Shown here piece after piece: positions 1 through 10,558 of a DNA stretch of 59,694 nt (its first letter is position 1; every line of letters starts with the position of its first letter). Source of the stretch: Chitinophagales bacterium (GTDB taxonomy: Bacteria > Bacteroidota > Bacteroidia > Chitinophagales > Chitinophagaceae); the NCBI GenBank assembly GCA_038256825.1, contig JBBSJX010000001.1, positions 1 to 59,694 of the forward strand, given 5' to 3'. The notes beneath the pieces are model-generated. The model ran no database searches. It saw nothing but the letters and a program-made list of their open reading frames with translations, and had not been told where the DNA came from. A program made the translations under genes and the position numbers.

Positions 1-207
1 AACAGATTATTATAAACATTTATTTTTTCAATATTCTACTTTATAAAAGATATCGAAAATGATTTATTAATTTAGTAGTCAGGTCCATTATTTCTTCCAT
101 TTTTCTTCCTAAAACCTCAGGCTTAAAAGTATTCTACTTTGATATAAAAATGATTTAAAAATTCAAATAAATCATTTAAAAAAAAACTAAAAATAAATTG
201 AGATATT

Positions 208-2784
208 ATGAAACAATATTTACTACTTCTTTTACTCATGCCATTTACTATAGTAAATGCGAAAAACTTTTATTTCTCAACAAGTTCCGGAGTGGATAGC
301 AGGACACCAACCCAGGCCCAAAACCCAGCCACTCCCTGGAAAACCATAGATAAATTAAATAATTATTTTAGCAGTTTATCTCCTAAAGACACCGTATTAT
401 TTAAAAGAAACGAAACTTTTTACGGTTCGCTTACTATTTCAAGGTCGGGAGATTCTTTAAAACCAATAGTTCTGGGTGCATATGGTACAGGAGCCCGTCC
501 TATCATAACAGGTTTCACTTCATTGTCTGGTTGGAATGCTACAGGTGGTGGAATTTTTGAGCAAGATTGTCCAACTTGTCTTCCAACTTTAAACATGGTC
601 TCAATAAACGATACGCTTCAACCCATTGGCAGATATCCAAAAGTTGACGATCCTAACGGAGGATATTGGTCCGTATTATCACATAATGGTAATTCTATCG
701 AAAGCTATGATTTATTAGGTACAACAAACTTTGTAGGAAGCGAAATAGTAATGCGGAAATATCAATGGATAATGGACCGTGCAATTATTACCAGCCAGGG
801 CCAATATTCATTAACTTATACACCATTAACATCACCAAATCACCCGGGTTTTACCTACGATGCAGTTGATGGGAACGGTTTCTTCATTCAAAACCATACT
901 TCAACCTTTTCAAAACCAGGCGACTGGAGTTATGATAAGAACACTAAAAAATTTAAAGTTTATTTATTAGGAAACGGCAAAGTAAAAGTTTCAACTGTAG
1001 AACACCTGGTAAACATGTATGCAATAAGTTATGTAACATTCGACAACCTTGCATTTCAAGGTGCTAACGGAAATACCTTCGATATGGATACTTGCAACAA
1101 CATTATTATAAAGAATTGCAGTATTAATTTTTCGGGTAAAGATGGAATTTTTGTTTCACTTTATAATAGCCATCATAACACAGTAGACAATTGTACTTTT
1201 TCAAATACAAATAATAACGCCGTTTCCGGAACCGATTCACCCACCTGGATGATTACAAACAATACTATTAGAAATACTGGAAAGATTGCAGGTATGGGTC
1301 AGTCGGGCGATGGACAATATATAGCAATAAGTCATGTTGGCACTAAAAGCCTGGTTCAAAATAATAAAATAATTAACACCGGATATAACGCTATATTTTT
1401 TGGGGGAGATTCAGTTACAATAAGAAATAATTTAATTGATAGTTTTTGCCTGGTAAAAACGGACGGAGGCGGAATTTACACTTATTATGAAACCTTAAAA
1501 AGAGGACGTAAAATAACAGGCAATATTGTAATGAATGGAATTGGAGATAAAAGAGGGCTAAATATTAATCAAAACAGTCCCTTTTATAATGAAGTACATG
1601 GAATTTATATTGATGCCGGGGCTACAGATGTGGAAATTGACAGTAATACGATAGCAAATTGTTCTCATGCGGGTATTTGGCTGGGAAGCACCACTGAGGC
1701 AAAGGTGAGAAATAATACATCCTTTAACAATGCAGTTGCCCAAATTAAACTGAGTGATGCATCACGTGGTCAGTTTAGAAATTTAGTTGTAAAAAATAAT
1801 ATTTTATTTGCAAAAGATCCAACTTACCAACTTGTTAGCTCAATTGTAATTTCGTATAATTATTTACAGGCATTAGGTATAATAGATAGTAATTTTTATT
1901 GCAGGCCGCTAATGGAACCAAGTGGGGTAATGACTTCAGGGTACAGTAAAGCTCCCAGTAATGAAACCTATCACGATGGCGGTATAATTGAAGGAGGCGT
2001 AGGCTGGGGAAGTTATTTTTATTCACTCGATAAATGGAAAATTTTTTCTGGTCAAGATAGCCATTCAAAAATTACCCAGGTAGCAAACGTAGATAAAAAC
2101 TCTATTCGGTTTGAATACAATGCAAGTTATATAAATAAAAGGGTTACCCTTGATGGAGTTTATAAAGATGTCAAAAACAATAGCTATAGAAATTCAGTTA
2201 CATTATTACCATATACTTCCATTATATTAATGAAATCTTTACCGGCAAAAAATATTTCTAGTCGTTTCCAAGTAGTAAAATCCGGTAAAATCGTTGATTT
2301 GAAATGGAACCTTAACGAAGAGCGACAGGTATCAAAGTTTGAAGTTCAACGTGCCGCAGATAATATAAATTTCAATAGTATAGATACTGTTTATACCAAT
2401 TTATCCTCTTTAGATATTTTTAATTACCAGGATAAAAATCCATTAGAAGGCACCAATTATTATAGAATAAAATCAATTTTTTATGATCGTACTTATTCAA
2501 TAAACAAAGCGGAAAAAGTATTTTTTGAAGGAAAAGTGGACTTTAATTTTAGCCCTAACCCAGTTACAAACCAGATTAATGTAACCATCCTGAAAAGAGA
2601 AAATTTATCAAATTCAGTAATAACAATAAAAACGCTGGATGGAAAAACTTTAAAAACAATACATATACCACAAACGGGAAATTTTATTACAATAAATACT
2701 GCGGATTTACCTACTGCAACTTATTTGATAACTCTTACAAATAAGTCAATTACAATAAGTAAAAAATTAATTAAAATCAGGTAA
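208..2784 (+). CDS. Secreted right-handed parallel beta-helix protein with T9SS type-A C-terminal sorting domain
   Basis: N-terminal signal peptide; 'PWKTI..LN..L.P.D.VLFKR..F.G' start typical of pectin-lyase-fold proteins; many I.NN.I repeats; C-terminal FSPNPV...YLI...KKLIK CTD. Confidence 0.85.
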   Translation: MKQYLLLLLLMPFTIVNAKNFYFSTSSGVDSRTPTQAQNPATPWKTIDKLNNYFSSLSPKDTVLFKRNETFYGSLTISRSGDSLKPIVLGAYGTGARPIITGFTSLSGWNATGGGIFEQDCPTCLPTLNMVSINDTLQPIGRYPKVDDPNGGYWSVLSHNGNSIESYDLLGTTNFVGSEIVMRKYQWIMDRAIITSQGQYSLTYTPLTSPNHPGFTYDAVDGNGFFIQNHTSTFSKPGDWSYDKNTKKFKVYLLGNGKVKVSTVEHLVNMYAISYVTFDNLAFQGANGNTFDMDTCNNIIIKNCSINFSGKDGIFVSLYNSHHNTVDNCTFSNTNNNAVSGTDSPTWMITNNTIRNTGKIAGMGQSGDGQYIAISHVGTKSLVQNNKIINTGYNAIFFGGDSVTIRNNLIDSFCLVKTDGGGIYTYYETLKRGRKITGNIVMNGIGDKRGLNINQNSPFYNEVHGIYIDAGATDVEIDSNTIANCSHAGIWLGSTTEAKVRNNTSFNNAVAQIKLSDASRGQFRNLVVKNNILFAKDPTYQLVSSIVISYNYLQALGIIDSNFYCRPLMEPSGVMTSGYSKAPSNETYHDGGIIEGGVGWGSYFYSLDKWKIFSGQDSHSKITQVANVDKNSIRFEYNASYINKRVTLDGVYKDVKNNSYRNSVTLLPYTSIILMKSLPAKNISSRFQVVKSGKIVDLKWNLNEERQVSKFEVQRAADNINFNSIDTVYTNLSSLDIFNYQDKNPLEGTNYYRIKSIFYDRTYSINKAEKVFFEGKVDFNFSPNPVTNQINVTILKRENLSNSVITIKTLDGKTLKTIHIPQTGNFITINTADLPTATYLITLTNKSITISKKLIKIR

Positions 2785-2799
2785 TGAACTGCATTTAGT

Positions 2800-2843
2800 A
2801 AACAAAAAAAGCCCACTTAATATCAGCGGGCTTTTTTTTGTTT
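2800..2843. terminator. Bidirectional intrinsic terminator between convergent genes
   Basis: aaacaaaaaaagcccact-taatatc-agcgggctttttttttgttt-like hairpin with A and T tails. Confidence 0.8.
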
Positions 2844-2852
2844 ATATTTTGA

Positions 2853-3602
2853 TCATTTAGTAAACAATTTTTCCTTTAACACCATACAAATAAATGCAGT
2901 ATTAGTTGTTAAGTATCGTTTCCACATTCGCCCAGGCTCTTGTATTACCCTATAAAACCACTCCAATCCTGATTTCTGCATCCATACAGGTGCACGTTTT
3001 ACAAAACCTGATACAACATCAAAGCTCCCTCCAACGCCCATAATAAAAGGAACTTTTATTGTTTTTTTATACTTATTTAAAAATATTTCTTTCTTAGGCG
3101 AAGTAATAGCCACAAATAAAATATCAGCTCCTGAGTTGGATATTTGTTCTGCTACGTTCAATTCTTCTTCCTGAGTGTAGTATCCATTCCTATATCCGGC
3201 AATAATATGCTCTCCATATTTAGCTTTATAATTCTGCACCAAATTGATTATAATATTTTCCTTTGCTCCAAAGAAAAATATTTTAAAATTTTTTCGAGCG
3301 GCAAGCTCTACAAGTTGCTCCATTAAATCTATACCTGCTACACGTTCAGGAACTGGCATTTTAAGAAATTTAGATGCCCAAACAATGGATTTTCCATCTG
3401 CATTGATAATGTCACAATCAACTATAGATTTCATCAAATCTGGATCATGTTGAGCGTTTACAACCTTAGCTGCATTTATAACTACATGATGTAATGGTTT
3501 CTTCTTGCAGATGGAGTCTTCTATAATAGATAATGTTTCATCCATCGTTAAAACGTCTACCGGAACATTGCAAATTTTTACTCTTCTAATTGACTGTAAC
3601 AT
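2853..3602 (-). CDS. WecB/TagA/CpsF family glycosyltransferase
   Basis: ADGKSIVWAS, ERVAGIDL, MGVGGSFD, RAP.WMQ..GLEWFYR motifs. Confidence 0.92.
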   Translation of the reverse strand: MLQSIRRVKICNVPVDVLTMDETLSIIEDSICKKKPLHHVVINAAKVVNAQHDPDLMKSIVDCDIINADGKSIVWASKFLKMPVPERVAGIDLMEQLVELAARKNFKIFFFGAKENIIINLVQNYKAKYGEHIIAGYRNGYYTQEEELNVAEQISNSGADILFVAITSPKKEIFLNKYKKTIKVPFIMGVGGSFDVVSGFVKRAPVWMQKSGLEWFYRVIQEPGRMWKRYLTTNTAFICMVLKEKLFTK

Positions 3603-3620
3603 TGATACACTTATAACTTG

Positions 3621-4289
3621 TTATGCCTTTATGGCTATTAATGATTTTACCATAAAAACCGATTTTTCTTTTATTATTTTAGCATCAGGAAACAAGGCTT
3701 GCATTTCTTTATAAGTAAGTAAGTTAAAATCAGGTATTGTTTGCTTAACCCAAAATTTATTTGTAAAATTTATCAAACCTATTTGCAGTTTACGAGGCAA
3801 TAAAACTATTAATCCTGGTAACCACGAATGACTTTCCAAAATAAAAAATTTATAAGGAGTTTGTACGTAGTATTTATCACTTTTGGCTCTTATCTCATCC
3901 GCAAACAACTTTTGTCTTTGAATGGCGGCTGAATAAAACTCCTTATTATCTGTTATGGTATAAACATCTTTTTTATCAACAGTTACATGTTCTAAAACAG
4001 AATTTGAAAATATGATATCAAACTGATTTTTTTCAATCGGAATTCTACCACTTTCATCTAATTCAATAATATTAAACCCTTTCTTTTTGGCTAATGCTAA
4101 ATCATGCTTATCAAAATCTGCAATGTAAACATTATGCTTATGTTCAATCATCGAATCTATTAGATTACCAGTACCTCCTCCTAAGTCTAAAATTGTTGTA
4201 TCAGGCCCTATATTAAAATGCGAATGAAATATTTTTGCCCTTTTTTTTCTGGAATAGAGAGAATATTTTTTGAATAAACCTGGTATCAT
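3621..4289 (-). CDS. Class I SAM-dependent methyltransferase
   Basis: ILDLGGGTG motif I and FDIIFSNSVLEHV; start moved to MIPGLF (4289) because the ORF-track start overlaps asnB. Confidence 0.8.
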   Translation of the reverse strand: MIPGLFKKYSLYSRKKRAKIFHSHFNIGPDTTILDLGGGTGNLIDSMIEHKHNVYIADFDKHDLALAKKKGFNIIELDESGRIPIEKNQFDIIFSNSVLEHVTVDKKDVYTITDNKEFYSAAIQRQKLFADEIRAKSDKYYVQTPYKFFILESHSWLPGLIVLLPRKLQIGLINFTNKFWVKQTIPDFNLLTYKEMQALFPDAKIIKEKSVFMVKSLIAIKA

Positions 4290-4362
4290 ATTTAAATAAT
4301 TTGATTTTTGAAAGATATTTTTTTGAAATGCTGATATAAAATAGAAAATATAAATCTTTGAC

Positions 4363-6198
4363 TTATGAGTCATTAAGTGCAAAATATATACATAATAGCA
4401 GGAAAATCTGCTTTTCCTTATTATATCCATTATTATGAAGATTAATTAACTCAGCAATATACTTTTGATTAAAAATTTTTGAAAAAGAGGTTTTATCTGC
4501 CAATAAAATTCCTTTTATAACTTCCACCTCTTTTCTAAACCAATAACTAGTTGGTGATTGAAAAGCTTTCTTTTTTCTGTTTATAATTTTACCTGGAAGT
4601 ATCTCTCTTGCAAATTGCTTATGAACTATTTTACCTGAAAAAAGATTTACCTTATTTTCTTTAGGCAAAGATTCAATAAATTTCACAAGTTCAAGGTCTA
4701 ACATAGGCACCCGGCACTCCAATGAAAAATTCATACTGATTTTGTCCGTGTAGTTCAATAAGTCATCTCCAAGGTTTAAACGACTATCCAATGACATCAT
4801 TTTTTCAACAGGATGGGATAAATTTGCACAACCTAATAGGTCATAGAAATAACCTATTCTTTCGGAGCTTAAATTTTCATTTACACCAATTAATATTGCA
4901 ATTTCATTTTTATCGAATAACTCGTAAGCAGAAAGAAACCTGGAAATTTCATTCTTAACACCAAGTGTATTAATACCACGAAATAATATATCGTTTTTAA
5001 ACCGTACAATTTTTAATAACGGCAGAAAAAGTTTTTGTATGGCAAACGGCAATTTTTCCAAAATCAACTCCGATTTGTACCTTGTATAACCTCCTAATGG
5101 TTCATCTGCACCTTGCCCGGTTAAAACAACTTTTACATGCTTTGCAGCGAGTTCCGATAAAAAGTACATTGGAATAATAGAAGTAGTTCCCAGTGGTTCT
5201 TCTACAATCCTGGTGCATTCTTTAATTGTTTGAATAAAATCATTAAAGCTGATTTTCTTAAAATGATGATCAATATTTAATATTTGGGCAGTCTCTGCAG
5301 CATCTTCTATTTCATCTTCACTATGATTACCATCAAAACCAATTGTGAAAGCTTTTAATCTTGTTTTAGAATTTTTTTGAGCCAATGCCGCAACTAATGC
5401 TGAATCTACTCCGCCACTAAGTAAAATACCTACTTCAACATCTGCCAATAATTGGCGGTTAACAGCTTCTTCTAATTTTTGGCCATATAATTTTACGGTT
5501 TCTTTTGAAGTATAAGATTTTTTTGTAGGTAGTTTACTTTGAAATGAATGGTGATTAATTTTTAGAGAAGTATTTAGGTCTACTTCTATATAATGACCAG
5601 GATACACTTTACGAATACCTTTAAAAATGGTATCGGGTGATGGATTATATCTTAGCCTTAACAATGTTGCAAGAGCATCTTTATCAATTTCATTATTATT
5701 AACAGCAGATTTAATAGGCCTGATCTCCGAGGAGAAAAGTAAATCGTTTTTATTGGTTTGACCAAAATATAAAGGCTTCACTCCAAAAGGATCTCTTGCT
5801 AAATACATTTTATTATTATCAATATCAACATAGGCAAAAGCAAAAATTCCATTAAAATCCTTAACCCCACTAATCCCAAATTCTTTCAAATAATAAAGTA
5901 TTGTCTCCGTATCAGAATGTCCATTAAAAATAATATTGACAGGTAATTTTTTTCTTAATTCACTATGATTATAAATTTCTCCATTAAAAATTATATAATA
6001 CTTTTTACAAGAAGTTTGCATAGGTTGATGCCCTGCTTCAGTCAGGTCAATAATTGACAACCTTCTATGGAATAATTGAATTTTATTATCATTAATTGTT
6101 AAATACCTACATCCAAAATCATCTGGTCCCCTATGTTTTATCTTATCTAACTGAGAACTTTCGATAGGCGCATTTATTGTACCTAAAATACCACACAT
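4363..6198 (-). CDS. asnB: Asparagine synthase-like glutamine amidotransferase (polysaccharide amidation), paralog 4
   Basis: N-terminal MCGI Ntn cysteine, HRGPD, RLSIID, LSGGVDS, GQGADE. Confidence 0.9.
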   Translation of the reverse strand: MCGILGTINAPIESSQLDKIKHRGPDDFGCRYLTINDNKIQLFHRRLSIIDLTEAGHQPMQTSCKKYYIIFNGEIYNHSELRKKLPVNIIFNGHSDTETILYYLKEFGISGVKDFNGIFAFAYVDIDNNKMYLARDPFGVKPLYFGQTNKNDLLFSSEIRPIKSAVNNNEIDKDALATLLRLRYNPSPDTIFKGIRKVYPGHYIEVDLNTSLKINHHSFQSKLPTKKSYTSKETVKLYGQKLEEAVNRQLLADVEVGILLSGGVDSALVAALAQKNSKTRLKAFTIGFDGNHSEDEIEDAAETAQILNIDHHFKKISFNDFIQTIKECTRIVEEPLGTTSIIPMYFLSELAAKHVKVVLTGQGADEPLGGYTRYKSELILEKLPFAIQKLFLPLLKIVRFKNDILFRGINTLGVKNEISRFLSAYELFDKNEIAILIGVNENLSSERIGYFYDLLGCANLSHPVEKMMSLDSRLNLGDDLLNYTDKISMNFSLECRVPMLDLELVKFIESLPKENKVNLFSGKIVHKQFAREILPGKIINRKKKAFQSPTSYWFRKEVEVIKGILLADKTSFSKIFNQKYIAELINLHNNGYNKEKQIFLLLCIYFALNDS

Positions 6199-6211
6199 AC
6201 TTCTTAATATT

Positions 6212-7369
6212 TTACAGAGATTGAGTGTACAGGTAAGGCATTACGGCCCACCTAAGCATATTCTTGTTTCTTCTTTTACCTATTATATCAATAATTGAAT
6301 AAATAGATTTTCCCTTTATAAAGTGATGTTTTATTGCCTCTTCTAGTTGCATTTTCCTTTCTTTATCGCCAAGCATATATGCTAGATTTAATACTTCAGC
6401 ATTATCGTATAAATCAAAACTGGTTAACGATAATTTATTTTCCTTTGTAAATCGTTTATACAATCCCTTTTTTTTATCAATAAAATGGTCGCAGATATAA
6501 CCATATCCATCATTGATTATTTTTTCAACTCCATCTAATTCAATAATTTTTCTGGTTTTTATTAAATTTTTCACAACAAAGCAAGAATGAAAACAATCTA
6601 TAAATGAGTGCTCATCATCCGGTGTATACAACCATGAGCCATCGCTGTTTTGGCTTGCTTTAATAAAATTAAAAAGTTTAATTATTTTATTTTTTATGTA
6701 AAGTTCCTTCTCTGGGAAGTAAGAATAAAAAATTGAGTACGAAAACATGGCATATGAAACAGCATTTGTAACCACCCTATCCTTAAACGGACCATAGGAA
6801 ACGGCTAACATCCGATCATCTTCAAACATTACCTGCAAATCATTTTCAAAAAATTGAAAGCTACTTTTAATAATTTCCTGGGGCCAATCACTTTTTTGAA
6901 TAAGGTTTAACTTATGAAAAGCTTCTAAAACATAAGGTGTATGCGTAACATGCGGGGTATTTGCATCATAAACTACATTTTTTTGAGCGGGCCATTTAAA
7001 ACCTAAACCCCAACAAAAGCCAGAATATCCTTTGGAACTATTTTTTTCGAGCCACTTTAGATGATCTTTAGCAACATTTAAATAACTATTATTTTCAGTT
7101 TGTTTATATCTATTTAATAAGATTTGACATGATAATGCCCTAACAATTGGGTATTCCTGCTTCTTATAAAATATTCTAAAATTATTATTAAGTAATAAAT
7201 CAAAAAGAGTAAATGCAAGGGCGGGACCTCCTCCTATTACTTTGCTTGAATTAAATAAGTTTTTAACTTTTAAACCAAGGTTCGTTTTCCAAATATCATA
7301 CGGATCATATGTTTCAAGAACAGGCTTTAAACATATCTCATCAATAAAATCAAATTTTATATTTGTCAC
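6212..7369 (-). CDS. Conserved polysaccharide-locus protein, predicted (alpha/alpha)-toroid fold
   Basis: YDPYD, CWGLGF.W, QNSDGSWLY, IDCFH, MLRWA motifs; GTG start; function unknown. Confidence 0.6.
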   Translation of the reverse strand: MTNIKFDFIDEICLKPVLETYDPYDIWKTNLGLKVKNLFNSSKVIGGGPALAFTLFDLLLNNNFRIFYKKQEYPIVRALSCQILLNRYKQTENNSYLNVAKDHLKWLEKNSSKGYSGFCWGLGFKWPAQKNVVYDANTPHVTHTPYVLEAFHKLNLIQKSDWPQEIIKSSFQFFENDLQVMFEDDRMLAVSYGPFKDRVVTNAVSYAMFSYSIFYSYFPEKELYIKNKIIKLFNFIKASQNSDGSWLYTPDDEHSFIDCFHSCFVVKNLIKTRKIIELDGVEKIINDGYGYICDHFIDKKKGLYKRFTKENKLSLTSFDLYDNAEVLNLAYMLGDKERKMQLEEAIKHHFIKGKSIYSIIDIIGKRRNKNMLRWAVMPYLYTQSL

Positions 7370-7414
7370 TTTACTTATAAGAAATTATTAATTCTGCATC
7401 CTTATGATTAAATG

Positions 7415-8527
7415 TTATGCCCACAAATATTCTAAGAATTGTTTCCTTACAATTTGCGGGGTAAAGGCATGTTTTGCAATATTGTGATTAGTATGAGATA
7501 TATGCTTATATAATTTACCATTCATAGCTAAACCTGATAAAAAATCAACAAAATCACCTGGTTCAAAACTCACCGTTAAAAAACCATTTTCGTCCTGTTT
7601 AATAACATCTGGAATTCCACCAGTAATTCGGGATATGACTGGCATACCATATAACATACCCTCCAATATACTATTTGGTAACCCCTCCGTATAACTTGGC
7701 AGAAAAAGAATATGCGAATTTAATAGGACAGCTTTCTTTTTATCATTATCAACATGACCTAAAACTTTAATATTCGTAAGATTGTTTTCTTTTACCAACG
7801 ATCTCACTTTATATAAATCAGGTCCATCTCCTGCAATTAGTAACGTTTTTTTTCTTTGAGGAAACTTGCTTTCAAATTCCCTGAATGCTTCTATAGCAAT
7901 ATAAACACCCTTATCCTTTTCCACCCTGCCTAAAAACAAAAACTTAACTTCATCAACGTATGATATATACTTGTTTTGAATACTAAAATCACTGAGAAAA
8001 GAAGTATCAGCAACAGTGGAAACAATTAAAAATTCAGTTTCAGCAGGTACACCAAGAGAAATTAATTTACGCCTGAAAATATCGCCCAATACCAGGTATT
8101 TTGTTGCCTTAGCATAACTTATATTAAAGAGAAAAGATTTGAAATTACTCTTCTTAATTTTTTCTTCATATGGCTCGTACCAACCCCTAAAAAAAACAAT
8201 GATTTTTTTATTTAATAAACGTGTTATCAGAATAAAAACAAGGTCTCTGTGAAAGGATTTTCCTTGATCGAGAGAGGGATTGACAACTACAATTTGTATT
8301 GACTCATTAATTAATTTAATGGCAAATTTTACATAATTAATAAATAACCTTATTATAGTACTAAATAAATTTTCAGGCCCCGACTTGCTTATTTCAAGAT
8401 ATGAAATTGATTCATCCTTATCAAACGCTAAAATATTATAATAGTTAGATACTCCTCCCGGTGTATTTAAATCAGGAGTTAATATAAGGGCTTTGTTTTT
8501 AATTTTTGGTTTCAAAGTATAGTTCAT
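7415..8527 (-). CDS. GT4 family glycosyltransferase
   Basis: FLGRVEKDKG and LPSYTEGLPNSILEGM motifs. Confidence 0.9.
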   Translation of the reverse strand: MNYTLKPKIKNKALILTPDLNTPGGVSNYYNILAFDKDESISYLEISKSGPENLFSTIIRLFINYVKFAIKLINESIQIVVVNPSLDQGKSFHRDLVFILITRLLNKKIIVFFRGWYEPYEEKIKKSNFKSFLFNISYAKATKYLVLGDIFRRKLISLGVPAETEFLIVSTVADTSFLSDFSIQNKYISYVDEVKFLFLGRVEKDKGVYIAIEAFREFESKFPQRKKTLLIAGDGPDLYKVRSLVKENNLTNIKVLGHVDNDKKKAVLLNSHILFLPSYTEGLPNSILEGMLYGMPVISRITGGIPDVIKQDENGFLTVSFEPGDFVDFLSGLAMNGKLYKHISHTNHNIAKHAFTPQIVRKQFLEYLWA

Positions 8528-8531
8528 TGTA

Positions 8532-10433
8532 TTAACACGCCACCTCTTTCAAACATTTCTCCTGCTTACTCAGCCATTTTTTTAATACAATAATCACCCA
8601 AATAAAGTTGCCAAAATCTGATTTGCCATCTTTATTTTCATTTATAAGATTTTCAATCCCCACAGAAGTATAAATCTCCTCGTCATTATCCTTTAAAAGA
8701 ATTGACTTAATCTTTTGATTTAAATTTTCCTCTTTAAACCAGTCACGCAGCGGAACACTAAAACCTTTTTTAGACGCGGTTAGCAGCTCTTTTGGCAATG
8801 CATGGTTAGCTACTGCATTCCTTAGAACTACCTTATTAATGTATCCTTTTGTTTTAATTGATTTGTGAACACGAAACATCAATTCAATAATCCGATGATC
8901 CAGAAAAGGAATTCTTGTTTCAATTGAATAGGCCATACTCATCCTATCCACTTTTGTAAGCATGTCACCGGGAAGGGTGACTTTATGTTGAAAATACATT
9001 AACTTATAAAATGGATCTTTAAACTTGCACCCTTTCATCACTTCAGAATAAAAATCAAAAAAGGATATTGATTTGGTACACCTAGGTAATATTTTTTCCA
9101 GGTTTTCAGTAGAAGTGTAACACAATTTTGCAAGTAATCTTTTTTCAAAGGGCAGGTTACATGAATCTAAAACTTTGGAAACCCTGTTTAGAGAATACCT
9201 TAAATTACCTCTTAATGGCTTTGCAAAAGCTTTGGTTAAAACAGGTAACAATTTTCTTATTGGTGCAGGTAAGCGCTGGAAATTTTTTGCAAACTTTTCG
9301 CCTTGGTATATTGTATAGCCCGATAGAACTTCATCACCTCCATCGCCCGTTAAAACCATTTTTACTTTTGATGCTGCGTATTTTGAAATATGACCGGTAG
9401 GTATTGCAGAAGCATCTCCAAAAGGATCATCATACTGATACAATACTTTTTCTAGAGCTTCCTCAAAATGCTCAGAGGAAACTGTGCCTACATGGTGATC
9501 TGTTTTATATTTATCTGAAACCAGTTTGGCCAAATGGCGTTCATCAAATTCTTTATTATCGAAACCTATGGTAAATGTTTTTATGGGTTTAGATGTATGT
9601 TTTGCCATTGCACTAACTACACAGGAGGAATCCAAACCACCACTTAAAAAAGCACCAAACTCCACATCACTTCGCATCCTTATTCTTACTGAATCATCAA
9701 ACAACCGGGCAAATTCTTTTTCAACAAATTCCTTGTCTTTCACTAAATCTTTTTCGGAGATATCAGGAAGATCCCAATAAGTTTTTTCAGCTACACCATT
9801 CTTATCTACCAGCAAATATTTACCCGGAAGTAATTGATAAATGTTTTGAAAAAAAGTGTAAGGTGCAGGTATGAAACTTAAGGTAAGATACAGCTCCGTC
9901 ATATCTAACCGGGGTGTTTGTGGCACCCCATACTTTAAAACAGCTTTTATTTCGGAACCAAAAATTAGTGATTGATCAAAATTTGAATAATACAATGGCT
10001 TTTCACCAATGCGATCGCGGGATAAGAATAACCGCTCCAACTGTTCATCCCAAAGTGCAAATGCCCACATTCCATTGAAATGTGTTTGACAATCGACGCC
10101 CCATTGACGATATGCGTTTACAACTACCTCAGTATCTGAAGTAGTTGTAAACTGATGTCCAAGTATTTTCAGTTCTTCTCTTAGCTCGATGTAATTATAT
10201 ATTTCACCATTAAATACCAGAACGATTTTTTTATCATCGCTGAACATGGGTTGTTTTCCTGTACTAAGATCAATTATAGATAACCTGCGGTGACCTAATC
10301 CAATATTCTTATTTACATAGAATCCATCATCATCAGGGCCGCGGTGTTTTATAACATCTGTCATCTGTTTTAAAACATCCTTATCGGCCTGCCTATCTGC
10401 ATTAAAATGAAAAAAACCTGTAATGCCACACAT
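8532..10433 (-). CDS. asnB: Asparagine synthase-like amidotransferase, paralog 3
   Basis: MCGI, HRGPD, LSGGLDS, GDGGDE, KVDRMSMA. Confidence 0.92.
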   Translation of the reverse strand: MCGITGFFHFNADRQADKDVLKQMTDVIKHRGPDDDGFYVNKNIGLGHRRLSIIDLSTGKQPMFSDDKKIVLVFNGEIYNYIELREELKILGHQFTTTSDTEVVVNAYRQWGVDCQTHFNGMWAFALWDEQLERLFLSRDRIGEKPLYYSNFDQSLIFGSEIKAVLKYGVPQTPRLDMTELYLTLSFIPAPYTFFQNIYQLLPGKYLLVDKNGVAEKTYWDLPDISEKDLVKDKEFVEKEFARLFDDSVRIRMRSDVEFGAFLSGGLDSSCVVSAMAKHTSKPIKTFTIGFDNKEFDERHLAKLVSDKYKTDHHVGTVSSEHFEEALEKVLYQYDDPFGDASAIPTGHISKYAASKVKMVLTGDGGDEVLSGYTIYQGEKFAKNFQRLPAPIRKLLPVLTKAFAKPLRGNLRYSLNRVSKVLDSCNLPFEKRLLAKLCYTSTENLEKILPRCTKSISFFDFYSEVMKGCKFKDPFYKLMYFQHKVTLPGDMLTKVDRMSMAYSIETRIPFLDHRIIELMFRVHKSIKTKGYINKVVLRNAVANHALPKELLTASKKGFSVPLRDWFKEENLNQKIKSILLKDNDEEIYTSVGIENLINENKDGKSDFGNFIWVIIVLKKWLSKQEKCLKEVAC

Positions 10434-10473
10434 ATAAACTAATTAAGCGACCAAAAATTTATTATTGAGAAAA

Positions 10474-10548
10474 GATGCCATTATAACCAAAAGATAAAGT
10501 GATTGCGACGCAACGATGATGCTATGAAAACTGATGCCCGTATTTAAA
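10474..10548 (+). repeat. Dispersed intergenic element, copy 1
   Basis: gataaagtgattGCGACGCaacgatgatgctatgaaaactgatgcccg; 35 nt (10497-10531) identical to 58640-58674. Confidence 0.9.
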
Positions 10549-10558
10549 TTTTCTTATT

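Noticed and set aside
4290-4430. N-terminal extension of the methyltransferase in the ORF track
   Set aside because: Overlaps the asnB 3' end and has low-complexity composition; the internal ATG is more plausible
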